This document shows, in pieces, positions 15,722 to 25,567 of a DNA stretch of 27,877 bases (position 1 is the first letter of the stretch; every line of letters begins with the position of its first letter). Under the pieces are notes generated by a model that made no database searches, was not told where the DNA came from, and saw only the letters and a list, made by a program, of their open reading frames with translations. The stretch comes from Vulcanisaeta sp. (lineage in GTDB: Archaea; Thermoproteota; Thermoprotei; Thermoproteales; Thermocladiaceae), in NCBI GenBank assembly GCA_022014875.1, contig JAKMAE010000005.1, positions 1 through 27,877 on the forward strand, in the 5' to 3' direction. The translations under genes were made by a program, and so were the position numbers.

Positions 15722-15762
15722 ACCACAGCGGCAAAAATGATGTAAAGTGCAGTTTAAATTAT

Positions 15763-15773
15763 GTTTTTTAAGG
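15763..15773 (+). promoter_or_regulatory. TATA box for the YchF-like GTPase gene
   Basis: gTTTTTTAAgg, centred 26 nt upstream of GTG 15793. A second AT box, gtttaaatt, lies at 15752-15760. Confidence 0.4.
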
Positions 15774-15792
15774 ACTTAGGCACTCCAGTCTT

Positions 15793-17010
15793 GTGTCGTT
15801 AAAAAGCCATGTACAGGTAGGTATTGTTGGGAAGCCCAATGTGGGTAAGTCCACATTCTTTGCCGCGGCAACGATGATCGACGTTAAGATAGCCCCCTAC
15901 CCCTTCACAACCATAGAGCCTAATGTCGGTATTGGTTATGTCAGGATTCCCTGCGTATGTAGGGATCTCGGTGTTAAGGATAATCCCAGGAACTCCATCT
16001 GTATAGAGGGTAATAGGTTCATACCTGTGGAGTTGATTGATGTGGCTGGTTTAGTACCTGGTGCGTGGCAGGGTAGGGGTTTGGGCAACCAATTCCTTGA
16101 CCACCTAAGGAGGGCTCCCGTGCTCATCCACGTTGTCGACATGGCGGGCGCGACCGATGAGGAGGGTAGGTTAGTCAGGCCGGGGACCCACGACCCATTG
16201 GTAGACATAGAGTTCCTAAACAATGAGGTGGTTATGTGGATGGTCCAGATGCTGAGTAAGGATTGGGACAAACTAGTTAGGTTGGTGGATTACGCCAAGA
16301 AGCCCCTTACGGAGGTGCTGTACGAGAGGTTCAGCGGGCTCGGCATAACGCAGTCCCAGGTAAATGAGGCACTTACTAAGTTGGGTCTCGATAAGAAGCC
16401 GTTGGGTAGGTGGAGCAACGATGACATTAAAGAGTTCGTGTCCATGCTTAGGGAGTTGGGTAAGCCCATGGTAATCGCCGCGAATAAGATGGACATACCG
16501 GAGGCCGAGGATAATTACAGGAGAGTTGTTAAGGAGGTCGGTAATAGGTACAGGATAGTGCCTGTGAGTGCGGATTACGAACTGGCGCTCAGGAGGGCTG
16601 CAAAGGCCAATCTAATCAAGTACATACCTGGGGATAACGATTTCGAGATAATATCAAACAACCTAACAAAGGCCCAGAGGGAGGCCCTTGAGAAAATTAG
16701 GGATTTCATGCACAAGTGGGGCGGTACAGGCGTTGTTAAGGCGCTAAATACCGCGGTGTTCGACGTGCTGGGCATGATAGCGGTTTACCCAGTCGCTGAT
16801 GAGAAGAGGTTCGCCGATACCGAGGGTAACGTATTGCCTGACGTATTGTTACTGCCCAGGGACGCGACCGTGCTCGACCTAGCCAGGGCAATACATAGCG
16901 AAATAGCCGAGAAGGCCGTGACGGCGGTGGACGCAGTGAGCGGTAAGAGACTCGGTGTTAACTCAAGGCTTTGGCATAGAGCCGTAATTAAGATATACGT
17001 ATCTAAATAA
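15793..17010 (+). CDS. Obg-family YchF/OLA1-like GTPase with C-terminal TGS-like domain
   Basis: G1 GIVGKPNVGKST, PYPFTTIEPNVG (YchF-type switch I), G3 DVAGLV, a canonical G4 NKMD, and a C-terminal beta-grasp-like segment (MIAVYPV...VIKIYV). Confidence 0.8.
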   Translation: MSLKSHVQVGIVGKPNVGKSTFFAAATMIDVKIAPYPFTTIEPNVGIGYVRIPCVCRDLGVKDNPRNSICIEGNRFIPVELIDVAGLVPGAWQGRGLGNQFLDHLRRAPVLIHVVDMAGATDEEGRLVRPGTHDPLVDIEFLNNEVVMWMVQMLSKDWDKLVRLVDYAKKPLTEVLYERFSGLGITQSQVNEALTKLGLDKKPLGRWSNDDIKEFVSMLRELGKPMVIAANKMDIPEAEDNYRRVVKEVGNRYRIVPVSADYELALRRAAKANLIKYIPGDNDFEIISNNLTKAQREALEKIRDFMHKWGGTGVVKALNTAVFDVLGMIAVYPVADEKRFADTEGNVLPDVLLLPRDATVLDLARAIHSEIAEKAVTAVDAVSGKRLGVNSRLWHRAVIKIYVSK

Positions 17011-17019
17011 TGATTTAGG

Positions 17020-18945
17020 TCACATACGGCTCAGCCTAGGTATGCCGAGGATCTCCATTGCACTGCCCAGTACTGTCCTGACTGCATTAACGAGGTTTAG
17101 CCTAAATTCCCTAATACCCGGTTCCGAATTTAGCACTGGGTATTTCTCATAGTAGCTGTTGAACAATAGCGATAACCTATTGACATACTCCGTTATGTAC
17201 TCAAGCCTCAGGTCCTGCGCCGCCTTCGCAATAACCTCAGGGTACTCACCAAGTATCAGTACTAACTCCTTCTCCTCACCAGCTATGTTACTTGGTATGT
17301 TAGTAAGCCTAGGCACCACACCCGCCTTCTCAATTATACTGTTGGCCCTTACGTACGTGTATTGTATGAAGGGGCCACTGTTCTGCCTTAGATTTAGGAC
17401 TTTATCCCACGAGAAGGTTAGGGGTTTGTTCGGGCTTACAGAAACGAATGAATACCTTATCGCGCCCACCGCAACGGCCTCAGCCACCTTATCCGCCTCT
17501 TCAGGCGTGAATCTACTCTTCACTAAATCCATGACCCTAGATTTTGTCTCGTTAATGAGTTCGTCGAGGGTTACGTAAACACCCCTCCTACCGCTCATCT
17601 TCATGCCGGCCAAGTTAACCATCTCGTACGAGTAATGCATTATTTTCCTGGCAAGTTCGTGATACCCCATTGCATGGAGCGCGAGCCTTAATTGAGCCTG
17701 TGGGTGTGTTTGTTCGGAGCCAATCACCCTAATTAATGCGTCAAACCTGAAGTTAGCCCAGAACCAAAGTGCGTATGCTATGTCTCTGGTGAGGTACAGG
17801 CTTGTTCCGTCACTCCTGAGTAGTGTGGCCTTTGGTATGTACCTGGGTAGCCTAAGTTCGTCCCAAAGCCCCAGGTCCTGGGCATATTTATCGGCCCTGA
17901 ATATCAAGGCTCCATCCTCCCTCTCGACATATTGAGGCGCCCTAGTCAACAGTTCATTTATTACCCTCGAAACACCGCCGTTATCCACGGCGACCTCGCT
18001 CTCGAAATCCCAGGAATCGAAGTATACGCCGAGCCTATCCAGGGTAGCCCTGAACCCCCTAAGTACGAGATCCACGGCCTCCCTTATGACTTTCCTGACG
18101 AACTCATCACCCTCCTCATAGGCCCTCGACCACTGCTTAATCATTAGTGGTAGGTCCTCGAATTTGCCTAAGCCCTTGATGAGGCTTTCTGTCAGTTCCC
18201 TATCCCTATTTAGGAAATTGTTTATTACGGAGACCCACTCATCTCTCTCGCCTATTAATTTGTTCGCCTCATCATACTTCCCCTCATTGCTCAATTGCTC
18301 AATTTGTTTGCTCAACCTCTTAATCTCGGTTACGGCATAGGTTATTGAGTATACCTCACCAATGACCTCATCTGGCTTTACGCCGCTTTTAACCCTACTG
18401 AGCACTAGGTCTTTAACCACGTAATAACCAATGCCAACATACGGCATCTGATCGCCGCAGTCATTAACGTAGAAATGAACCCTAACTGAGGATCCGCAGA
18501 AACGTAAAAGCCTGGCCAACGAGTCGCCGAGCGCGGCGTTCCTACCATGACCTATATGCATCGGCTTTGCCGGGTTGGCGCTGGTGTGCTCGATGATGTA
18601 GCTTGCCCTTGGGCATTTATCGGACACCCCGTATTTCTCACCCAGGGAGTTTACCGCACCTAATACGAGGTTTGCATACTCATTTATGTTAACGTCAATG
18701 TTTAGGTAACCGTTGATCAGCAAGACCCTGCTTATCAACCTCGGCTTCGGTACCTTATTAATTACTTCCTCCAGGTTGCCGTACTCCCTGATTAATCCAT
18801 GGACCGGTATCGCCAAGTAACCGTAATTGGGGGGTGCCCTGGTTACGCTATTTAAGTAATTAGTAATGTCTTTCCCCAACTCCGCACTTAATGATTCGAG
18901 GAATATACGCACATCCCTAATCAATTCATCGTATGGATTGTGCAT
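17020..18945 (-). CDS. argS: Arginyl-tRNA synthetase
   Basis: 641 aa. Class I HIGH region SANPAKPMHIGHGRNAALGD, an MSGRRG (KMSKS-equivalent) region, and a C-terminal DALR-type anticodon-binding helix bundle ending ...GIPRLSRM. Confidence 0.9.
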   Translation of the reverse strand: MHNPYDELIRDVRIFLESLSAELGKDITNYLNSVTRAPPNYGYLAIPVHGLIREYGNLEEVINKVPKPRLISRVLLINGYLNIDVNINEYANLVLGAVNSLGEKYGVSDKCPRASYIIEHTSANPAKPMHIGHGRNAALGDSLARLLRFCGSSVRVHFYVNDCGDQMPYVGIGYYVVKDLVLSRVKSGVKPDEVIGEVYSITYAVTEIKRLSKQIEQLSNEGKYDEANKLIGERDEWVSVINNFLNRDRELTESLIKGLGKFEDLPLMIKQWSRAYEEGDEFVRKVIREAVDLVLRGFRATLDRLGVYFDSWDFESEVAVDNGGVSRVINELLTRAPQYVEREDGALIFRADKYAQDLGLWDELRLPRYIPKATLLRSDGTSLYLTRDIAYALWFWANFRFDALIRVIGSEQTHPQAQLRLALHAMGYHELARKIMHYSYEMVNLAGMKMSGRRGVYVTLDELINETKSRVMDLVKSRFTPEEADKVAEAVAVGAIRYSFVSVSPNKPLTFSWDKVLNLRQNSGPFIQYTYVRANSIIEKAGVVPRLTNIPSNIAGEEKELVLILGEYPEVIAKAAQDLRLEYITEYVNRLSLLFNSYYEKYPVLNSEPGIREFRLNLVNAVRTVLGSAMEILGIPRLSRM

Positions 18946-18970
18946 TTCATATCAAAGACGAAACCCTGAA

Positions 18971-18987
18971 TTAAAATATTTTTATTT
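18971..18987 (-). promoter_or_regulatory. AT-rich TATA region for argS
   Basis: The minus strand reads AAATAAAAATATTTTAA, about 25-40 nt upstream of ATG 18945. Confidence 0.35.
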
Positions 18988-19019
18988 CCCTAGGAACCTC
19001 GATGCCAGGACCACTAAGG

Positions 19020-19028
19020 CTTTTATAG
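19020..19028 (+). promoter_or_regulatory. TATA box for rpoH
   Basis: CTTTTATAG, centred 26 nt upstream of GTG 19050. Confidence 0.5.
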
Positions 19029-19049
19029 CTCAGCACTAAGCCATGCATT

Positions 19050-19319
19050 GTGACTACGAGAAGGAAGAGCAAGACTGAGGAGCGGCTCAGAAGAATTCTT
19101 GAGCATGAGTACATGCCTAAAGCCGAGATCGTGCCTAAGGAGGAGGTTAAGGAAATATTGAAGCAGTTGAATGCGAAGGTCTTTCAATTACCTTGGATAA
19201 GAGCCAGCGATCCACTCGTCAGAGCCATAGGTGCCAAGCCCGGTAATGTAATTAGAATAATTAGGAAGTCTGACACAGCCGGGGTCTTTGTTACATATAG
19301 GTTCGTCGTTCCGGGCTAG
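19050..19319 (+). CDS. rpoH: DNA-directed RNA polymerase subunit H (Rpb5 C-terminal homologue)
   Basis: [42 protein letters not shown] matches the RpoH consensus (Sulfolobus: [29 protein letters not shown]). Confidence 0.92.
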   Translation: [89 protein letters not shown]

Positions 19320-19330
19320 GCCGGCAGGGC

Positions 19331-19335
19331 TTTTT
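19331..19335 (+). terminator. T5 run 12 nt after the rpoH stop
   Basis: ggcagggcTTTTTcggcagg. This is the archaeal oligo-T termination signal type. Confidence 0.35.
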
Positions 19336-19402
19336 CGGCAGGTAATGCGTTGCTAAATAAATCATTGCTTAGACAATGCGGCATGGGGCTATTCTAGGAA
19401 GG

Positions 19403-19415
19403 GTTTAAATAATAA
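19403..19415 (+). promoter_or_regulatory. TATA box for rpoB
   Basis: gtttaaataataa, centred 28 nt upstream of ATG 19437. Confidence 0.45.
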
Positions 19416-19436
19416 CTTAATCATGGGTTGCAAGCA

Positions 19437-22400
19437 ATGCCTATAGGTAATCTTAGCATTGGGCAGGGCAACGCCCCGGACTCAGTGCCGTTACCAATAC
19501 TGAGGTCTAAGAGGACCCGTGGTAAATTCCCGACATCCGACGATAGATGGGCCCTAGTTGAGGCATTCATTAAGGAGGGCGGCTTAGTTAGGCACCAAAT
19601 CGAATCGTTCAACGACTTTATTGAGAGGAGGCTGCAGAAGATCATTAATGAGATTGGCGTAATCGAGACGGATATAAAGGGGCTTTACATAAAGCTTGAG
19701 AAGATAGAGGTTGGGAAGCCCAGGGTTAGGGAAGCCGACGCTAGCGAGCACTTGCTATACCCAATGGAGGCTAGGCTCAGGAACCTGACATACGCGGCCC
19801 CGTTATACCTAACAATGACTCTCTACGTCAATGACGAGGAGGTTGATAGGCAGAGGGTGTATATAGGTGATTTACCGATAATGGTTCGTTCAAAGTACTG
19901 CAACCTCTATGGGCTTAAGAGGGAGGAGTTGATCAAGAAGCTCGAGGATCCGGATGATCCAGGCGGTTACTTCATAATAAACGGTAGTGAGAGGGTCGTA
20001 GTGTCCCAGGAAGATCTAGCGCCAAATAGGCCGTTTTATGATAAGGGTGATAAGGCGAGTATTACGCACGTCGCTAAGGTTATATCGATTGGCGCTGGTT
20101 ATAAAACCACCGTTACGGTGGAGAGGCATAAGGATGGTATAATATACGTAACGTTCCCTGCCGTGGCCACTAGGATACCGTTTCCAATAATAATGAGAGC
20201 CCTCGGTCTAGAGACCGATGAGGACATAGTACTCGCCGTAAGTGATGACCCAGACATACAGAATGAACTACTACCATCGCTACAGTACTCACTCCAGATA
20301 GCTAGTACTGTCGAGGACGCGCTGGACTTCATAGGCAGTAAGGTTGCGATTGGGCAGCCTAGGGAGGTTAGGATTGAAAGGGCCAAGCAAGTCCTTGATA
20401 GGTACTTCCTGCCACACCTAGGGACTACCGAGGATGCGAGGTTGAAGAAGGCTTTGATGGTTGGGCAAATGGTTAAGGGCGTTATAGAGATGTACCTAGG
20501 CCGTAGAGAGCCTGACGATAAGGATCACATGGCAAATAAGAGGGTTAGGCTCGTTGGTGACCTACTAGATCAACTATTTAGGGCGGTATTTAAGCAGTTG
20601 GTGCAGGACATAAGGCAACAACTTGAGAAGCATTACTCAAGGGGTAAGGTACCGAGTCTCGTGACGATAGTCAGGGCTGACATAATAACCGAGAGAGTGA
20701 GGCATGCGTTGGCAACTGGTAATTGGGTTGGTGGGAGGACTGGCGTTTCTCAGATGCTCGATAGGACAAACCTATTATCAACTCTAAGCCACCTAAGGAG
20801 GGTCGTCTCGAACCTAAGTAGGACGCAGCCGCACTTCGAGGCTAGGGACCTACACCCAACCCAGTGGGGCAGGTTATGCGCAATCGAGACGCCGGAGGGT
20901 CAAAACTGCGGCTTGGTTAAGAACCTGGCCTTGCTCGCCACCGTCACTGTCGGCGTTGACGAGAACGAGGTTGAAAAACTACTTTATGACTTAGGCGTCA
21001 TCCCAATACTAACCGCTAGGAAGAATGGGGTCAAGGGCACGGAGGTGTACCTAAACGGTAGGCTCATTGGCATACACACAGACCCGGATAGGTTAGTGAT
21101 GACGATTAGGGAAATGAGGAGGAGGGGTCAAATAAGCCATGAAATCAATGTCGCGAGAATACGCAGAGGCGCGCTGGATGAGGTTAGGGTTAACTGCGAT
21201 GCCGGTAGGCTTAGGAGGCCCGTCCTCATCATAGAGAATGGCAGCCTGAGGCTCAAACCAGAGCATATCGAGAAGTTAAGGAGTGGTGAGTGGTCCTGGT
21301 CCGACCTAATCAACAACGGCATAATCGAGTACCTGGATGGTGATGAGGAGGAGAACGCGTTAATAGCCATAAACCCGGAGGATGATTTGAGTAAGTACAC
21401 GCACATGGAGATAATACCGTCAGCGATGTTAGGCGCTGTGGCGTCCATAATCCCCTACGCTGAGCATAATCAATCACCAAGGAATATATACGAAGCAGCA
21501 ATGGCGAAGCAAAGCCTTGGTTTCCCAGCAGCTAATTATAGATTCAGGCTAGATAGTAGGGGGCACCTACTGATATATCCCGAGAGACCGTTGGTAATAA
21601 CCAGGGGTATAGAACTTAACGGGTACCTAAGGAGACCGGCTGGCCAGAATGCCGTCGTCGCGCTACTGACGTACACGGGCTATAACATGGAGGATGCCGT
21701 CATATTGAATAAGGCATCGATCGAGAGGGGCATGTACAGAAGCGTGTTCTATAGGACCTACGAGACGGAGCAGATGAGGTATCCGGGTGGTGAGGAGGAT
21801 AGGATAGAAATACCATCACCGGAGGTTAAGGGGTATAAGGGCCCAGAGGCTTATGCGCACCTCGATGAGGACGGTATAGTCCCACCTGAGGTCTTCGTAT
21901 CAGGCGGTGAGGTCCTTATTGGTAAGACATCACCGCCAAGGTTCTACGGCGTATATACAGAGACCGTGCTGCCCAGCGCCAGGAGGGACTCATCAATAAC
22001 CGTTAGGCGTGGTGAGAAGGGCATTGTCGACAGCGTACTCATAACAGAGACAAACGAGGGTTATAAACTAGTTAAGGTAAAGGTTAGGGAGTTGAGAATA
22101 CCCGAGCTTGGGGACAAATTCGCAAGCAGGCATGGCCAGAAGGGTGTTACGGGGATGATAATACCCATGGAGGACATGCCGTTCACGGAAGACGGCATAA
22201 CCCCCGACATAATCGTTAACCCACACGCACTGCCTAGCAGGATGACTGTTGGCCAATTACTCGAGTCAATGGCGGGTAAGATTGCCGCGCTAAGGGGCGT
22301 GATGATAGACGCCACGCCATTTGAGGGCGTGACTGAGGAGGAGCTTAGGGACCTTCTCATACGGTCAGGCTTTAGGTGGGATGGTAAGGAGGTCATGTAT

Positions 22401-22862
22401 AGCGGAATAACCGGTAGGAAGCTTGAGGCGGATATATTCATAGGCATTGTCTATTACCAAAAGCTCCACCACATGGTTGCCGATAAGATACACGCTAGGG
22501 CTAGGGGCCCCGTACAAATACTGACTAGGCAACCAACCGAGGGCAGGTCTAGGGAGGGTGGCCTTAGGCTTGGCGAGATGGAGAGGGACGTATTGATAGC
22601 GCATGGCGCGGCTGCACTGTTGAGGGAGAGGCTTATGGAGTCGAGTGATAAGTATGTAATGTATGTATGCGAGGATTGCGGCATGATTGCCTGGTACGAT
22701 GCGAATAAGGGCAAGCCTGTGTGTCCAATACATGGCGATAAAGGTAGGATAGCCAGGGTTATTGTGCCGTACGCATTCAAGCTACTGCTTCAGGAATTAA
22801 TAAGTCTAGGTATATACCCAAAGATTGAGTTAGGCGACCTAATTGAGGAGAGGAGAGCTTAA
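19437..22862 (+). CDS. rpoB: DNA-directed RNA polymerase subunit B (unsplit)
   Basis: About 1141 aa. Motifs include GDKFASRHGQKGV, LHHMVADKIHARARGP and the C-terminal Zn motif CEDCG...CPIHG. I use ATG 19437; the ORF track uses TTG 19428. Confidence 0.97.
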   Translation: MPIGNLSIGQGNAPDSVPLPILRSKRTRGKFPTSDDRWALVEAFIKEGGLVRHQIESFNDFIERRLQKIINEIGVIETDIKGLYIKLEKIEVGKPRVREADASEHLLYPMEARLRNLTYAAPLYLTMTLYVNDEEVDRQRVYIGDLPIMVRSKYCNLYGLKREELIKKLEDPDDPGGYFIINGSERVVVSQEDLAPNRPFYDKGDKASITHVAKVISIGAGYKTTVTVERHKDGIIYVTFPAVATRIPFPIIMRALGLETDEDIVLAVSDDPDIQNELLPSLQYSLQIASTVEDALDFIGSKVAIGQPREVRIERAKQVLDRYFLPHLGTTEDARLKKALMVGQMVKGVIEMYLGRREPDDKDHMANKRVRLVGDLLDQLFRAVFKQLVQDIRQQLEKHYSRGKVPSLVTIVRADIITERVRHALATGNWVGGRTGVSQMLDRTNLLSTLSHLRRVVSNLSRTQPHFEARDLHPTQWGRLCAIETPEGQNCGLVKNLALLATVTVGVDENEVEKLLYDLGVIPILTARKNGVKGTEVYLNGRLIGIHTDPDRLVMTIREMRRRGQISHEINVARIRRGALDEVRVNCDAGRLRRPVLIIENGSLRLKPEHIEKLRSGEWSWSDLINNGIIEYLDGDEEENALIAINPEDDLSKYTHMEIIPSAMLGAVASIIPYAEHNQSPRNIYEAAMAKQSLGFPAANYRFRLDSRGHLLIYPERPLVITRGIELNGYLRRPAGQNAVVALLTYTGYNMEDAVILNKASIERGMYRSVFYRTYETEQMRYPGGEEDRIEIPSPEVKGYKGPEAYAHLDEDGIVPPEVFVSGGEVLIGKTSPPRFYGVYTETVLPSARRDSSITVRRGEKGIVDSVLITETNEGYKLVKVKVRELRIPELGDKFASRHGQKGVTGMIIPMEDMPFTEDGITPDIIVNPHALPSRMTVGQLLESMAGKIAALRGVMIDATPFEGVTEEELRDLLIRSGFRWDGKEVMYSGITGRKLEADIFIGIVYYQKLHHMVADKIHARARGPVQILTRQPTEGRSREGGLRLGEMERDVLIAHGAAALLRERLMESSDKYVMYVCEDCGMIAWYDANKGKPVCPIHGDKGRIARVIVPYAFKLLLQELISLGIYPKIELGDLIEERRA

Positions 22863-22877
22863 AATGGATTAATACAT

Positions 22878-22886
22878 GAGGTGATG
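22878..22886 (+). promoter_or_regulatory. Shine-Dalgarno for rpoA1
   Basis: GAGGTGATG, 4 nt upstream of ATG 22891. Confidence 0.55.
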
Positions 22887-22890
22887 AGCG

Positions 22891-25563
22891 ATGGCTCAGA
22901 CCGAAAAAACCGTTGTTCGGGAGGAGGAAATACCGCTCAAGACGATTAAGTCGATAAAGTTTGCATTGCTATCGCCAGATATCATAAGGTCTATGTCCGT
23001 GATGGAGATAACCACGTCCGAGACGTATGACGAGGCTGGTAGGCCAATGGTTGGGGGGTTAATGGATAGGAGACTCGGCGTTGTGGAGCCAGGCGCTAGA
23101 TGCGAGACATGCGGTAACCCGCCTGATAAATGCCCTGGCCACTTCGGCAGAATAGAGCTTGCTAAACCAGTCATACATGTTGAGTATGCTAAGTACATAT
23201 ACGATTTACTGAGGGCGACCTGCAGGGAGTGTGGTAGGATATTATTGACGGATGAGGAGATTGAGAAGTACCGGAAGAGACTTGAGAGGTTGAGGGTTAG
23301 GTGGAGACTACTCGCAGACAAGCTTGTTGAGAGGATTAGGAAGAAGGCCATGGAGAGGACGGTGTGTCCACACTGCGGTGCTAAGCAGTACAAGGTTAGG
23401 TTTGAGAGACCATACACATTCTATGAGGAGAAGGAAAACGGTGTTTTAGAGAAGCTCGACCCGGTAAAGATTAGGGAGAGGCTCGAGAAGATACCCGATA
23501 GCGACCTCGAACTACTAGGTTGGGATCCAAAGGCTGCTAGGCCCGAGTGGGCCATTCTCACGGTGTTGCCTGTACCCCCACCGCAGGTGAGGCCCTCAAT
23601 CCAGCTAGAGACTGGGCAGAGGAGTGAGGATGACCTGACGCATAAGCTTGTCGATATTGTTAGGGTTAATGAGAAGTTAAGGACCGCCATAGAGTCCGGC
23701 GCGCCAAGCACAGTCATTGACCAATTATGGGATCTACTTCAGTATCACGTAGCTACCTACTTCAACAATGAATTACCCAACCTACCGCCTGTTAAGCACA
23801 GAAGTGGTAGGCCTCTGAAGACCCTGGCACAGAGGCTTAAGGGTAAGGAGGGTAGGTTTAGGGGTAGTCTGTCAGGTAAGAGGGTTGATTTCTCGGCTAG
23901 GACCGTCATAAGCCCAGACCCGAACCTGAGCATTAACGAGGTTGGCGTACCAATAGACGTGGCCAAGATACTAACCGTGCCCATGGTCGTAACGGAGTGG
24001 AACATCGACCTAGCAAGGCAGTTGGTCCTCAACGGCCCCGAGGTGTGGCCGGGGGCTAACTACGTTATTTACCCAGACGGTAGGAGGGTCGACCTAAGGT
24101 ACTTCAGGGATAGGCGTGAATTAGCCAATAAGTTGGCGCCGGGCTTTGTCGTGGAGAGGCACTTAATGAATGGTGACATAGTCCTCTTCAACAGACAGCC
24201 AAGCCTGCACAGGATGTCGATGATGGGGCACCTGGTTAGGGTGTTACCCGGCAGGACGTTTAGGCTACACCTGGCTGTTTGTCCACCATACAATGCGGAT
24301 TTTGATGGTGATGAAATGAACCTACACGTACCGCAGAACGAGGAGGCCAGGGCTGAGGCTAGGATGTTAATGCTTGTTCAGAACCACATAATAACCCCGA
24401 GGTACGGCGGCCCCATCATAGGCGCGAGGCAGGACTACATAACAGGTGGTTACCTACTCACTAGGAAGGACACATTTGTGAATAAGGAATTACTGATGTA
24501 CCTACTGGCGGCGGCCAATTACGAGGGTGAGATTGACGAACCAGCCATAATGCACCCTAAGGAGCTTTGGACCGGTAAGCAGGTCATATCAATGCTATTG
24601 CCCAAAGACCTTAATTGGGTTCAACCAACTGCTATAAAGGAGAGTTGTAAGGATCCATACAACTGCTACACCGATGAGTACATAGTGATTGTTAATGGTT
24701 ACATGGCCACGGGAGTGCTGGATAAGAAATCAATAGGTGCTGAGCAGGTTGATTCGTTGTGGCACGTCATTGTTAAGAGGTACGGTAATGACTATGCGAG
24801 GAAATGGATAGATTCCGTACTTAGGGCATTACTAAGGTTCCTAGACCTGAGGGGGTTCACGATGGGCATTGACTCGCTTGAAATGCCGAGGGAGAGCTAC
24901 GAAGAGCTTGCCAAGCTATATGAGGAGAGTGAGAGGAAGGTCTTCGAGTACATACAGAGGTATAGAGAGGGCAAGCTCGAGGCCGAGCCGGGCCTAACGG
25001 TTGAGGAGACCCTGGAGAATAACATAACGATTGAGCTAAGTAGGGTTAGGGAGGCTGCGGCCCGCGTAGTTGAGAAGTACATAAACAAGGACAGCGATGC
25101 CTACATAATGGCTAAGACCGGCGCTAGGGGCAGTATAATCAACATAACGCAGATGGTTGCGATGATTGGGCAGCAGACAATCAGGGGCGAGAGGTTCAAG
25201 AGGGGGTTCTATGGAAGGACAACCGCTCATTTCGAACCGGGTGATCTAGGGCCAATGGCTAAGGGCTTCGTTAGGAATAACTTCAAGGTCGGACTATCAC
25301 CGATAGAGTTCTTCTTCCACGCTGCTGGTGGTAGGGATGGCCTGGTCGATACGGCTGTTAGGACAGCCCAGAGCGGTTATATGCAGAGGAGGTTGATCAA
25401 TGCGTTGCAAGACATCTACGTGGCCTATGACGGCACCGTTAGGAGCGCAAATGGCTCCATAATCCAGACGAAGTATGCCGAGGACGGCATCGACGTTAGT
25501 AAGAGCGATCATGGAAGGCTTAATATAGATGAGATCTTAAGGAGGGTAGGCCTGGGTGGGTGA
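22891..25563 (+). CDS. rpoA1: DNA-directed RNA polymerase subunit A' (Rpb1 N-terminal part)
   Basis: 890 aa. N-terminal Zn motifs CETCG...CPGHFG and the catalytic YNADFDGDEMNLHVPQ. Confidence 0.97.
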   Translation: MAQTEKTVVREEEIPLKTIKSIKFALLSPDIIRSMSVMEITTSETYDEAGRPMVGGLMDRRLGVVEPGARCETCGNPPDKCPGHFGRIELAKPVIHVEYAKYIYDLLRATCRECGRILLTDEEIEKYRKRLERLRVRWRLLADKLVERIRKKAMERTVCPHCGAKQYKVRFERPYTFYEEKENGVLEKLDPVKIRERLEKIPDSDLELLGWDPKAARPEWAILTVLPVPPPQVRPSIQLETGQRSEDDLTHKLVDIVRVNEKLRTAIESGAPSTVIDQLWDLLQYHVATYFNNELPNLPPVKHRSGRPLKTLAQRLKGKEGRFRGSLSGKRVDFSARTVISPDPNLSINEVGVPIDVAKILTVPMVVTEWNIDLARQLVLNGPEVWPGANYVIYPDGRRVDLRYFRDRRELANKLAPGFVVERHLMNGDIVLFNRQPSLHRMSMMGHLVRVLPGRTFRLHLAVCPPYNADFDGDEMNLHVPQNEEARAEARMLMLVQNHIITPRYGGPIIGARQDYITGGYLLTRKDTFVNKELLMYLLAAANYEGEIDEPAIMHPKELWTGKQVISMLLPKDLNWVQPTAIKESCKDPYNCYTDEYIVIVNGYMATGVLDKKSIGAEQVDSLWHVIVKRYGNDYARKWIDSVLRALLRFLDLRGFTMGIDSLEMPRESYEELAKLYEESERKVFEYIQRYREGKLEAEPGLTVEETLENNITIELSRVREAAARVVEKYINKDSDAYIMAKTGARGSIINITQMVAMIGQQTIRGERFKRGFYGRTTAHFEPGDLGPMAKGFVRNNFKVGLSPIEFFFHAAGGRDGLVDTAVRTAQSGYMQRRLINALQDIYVAYDGTVRSANGSIIQTKYAEDGIDVSKSDHGRLNIDEILRRVGLGG

Positions 25564-25567
25564 AATT

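Noticed and set aside
15689-15733. H/ACA-like fold: GCCGU/GCGGC lower stem enclosing the palindrome hairpin.
   Set aside because: No ACA box follows the lower stem (the sequence continues AAAAAUGAUG). No K-turn or K-loop motif is seen in the upper stem. The stems are short.
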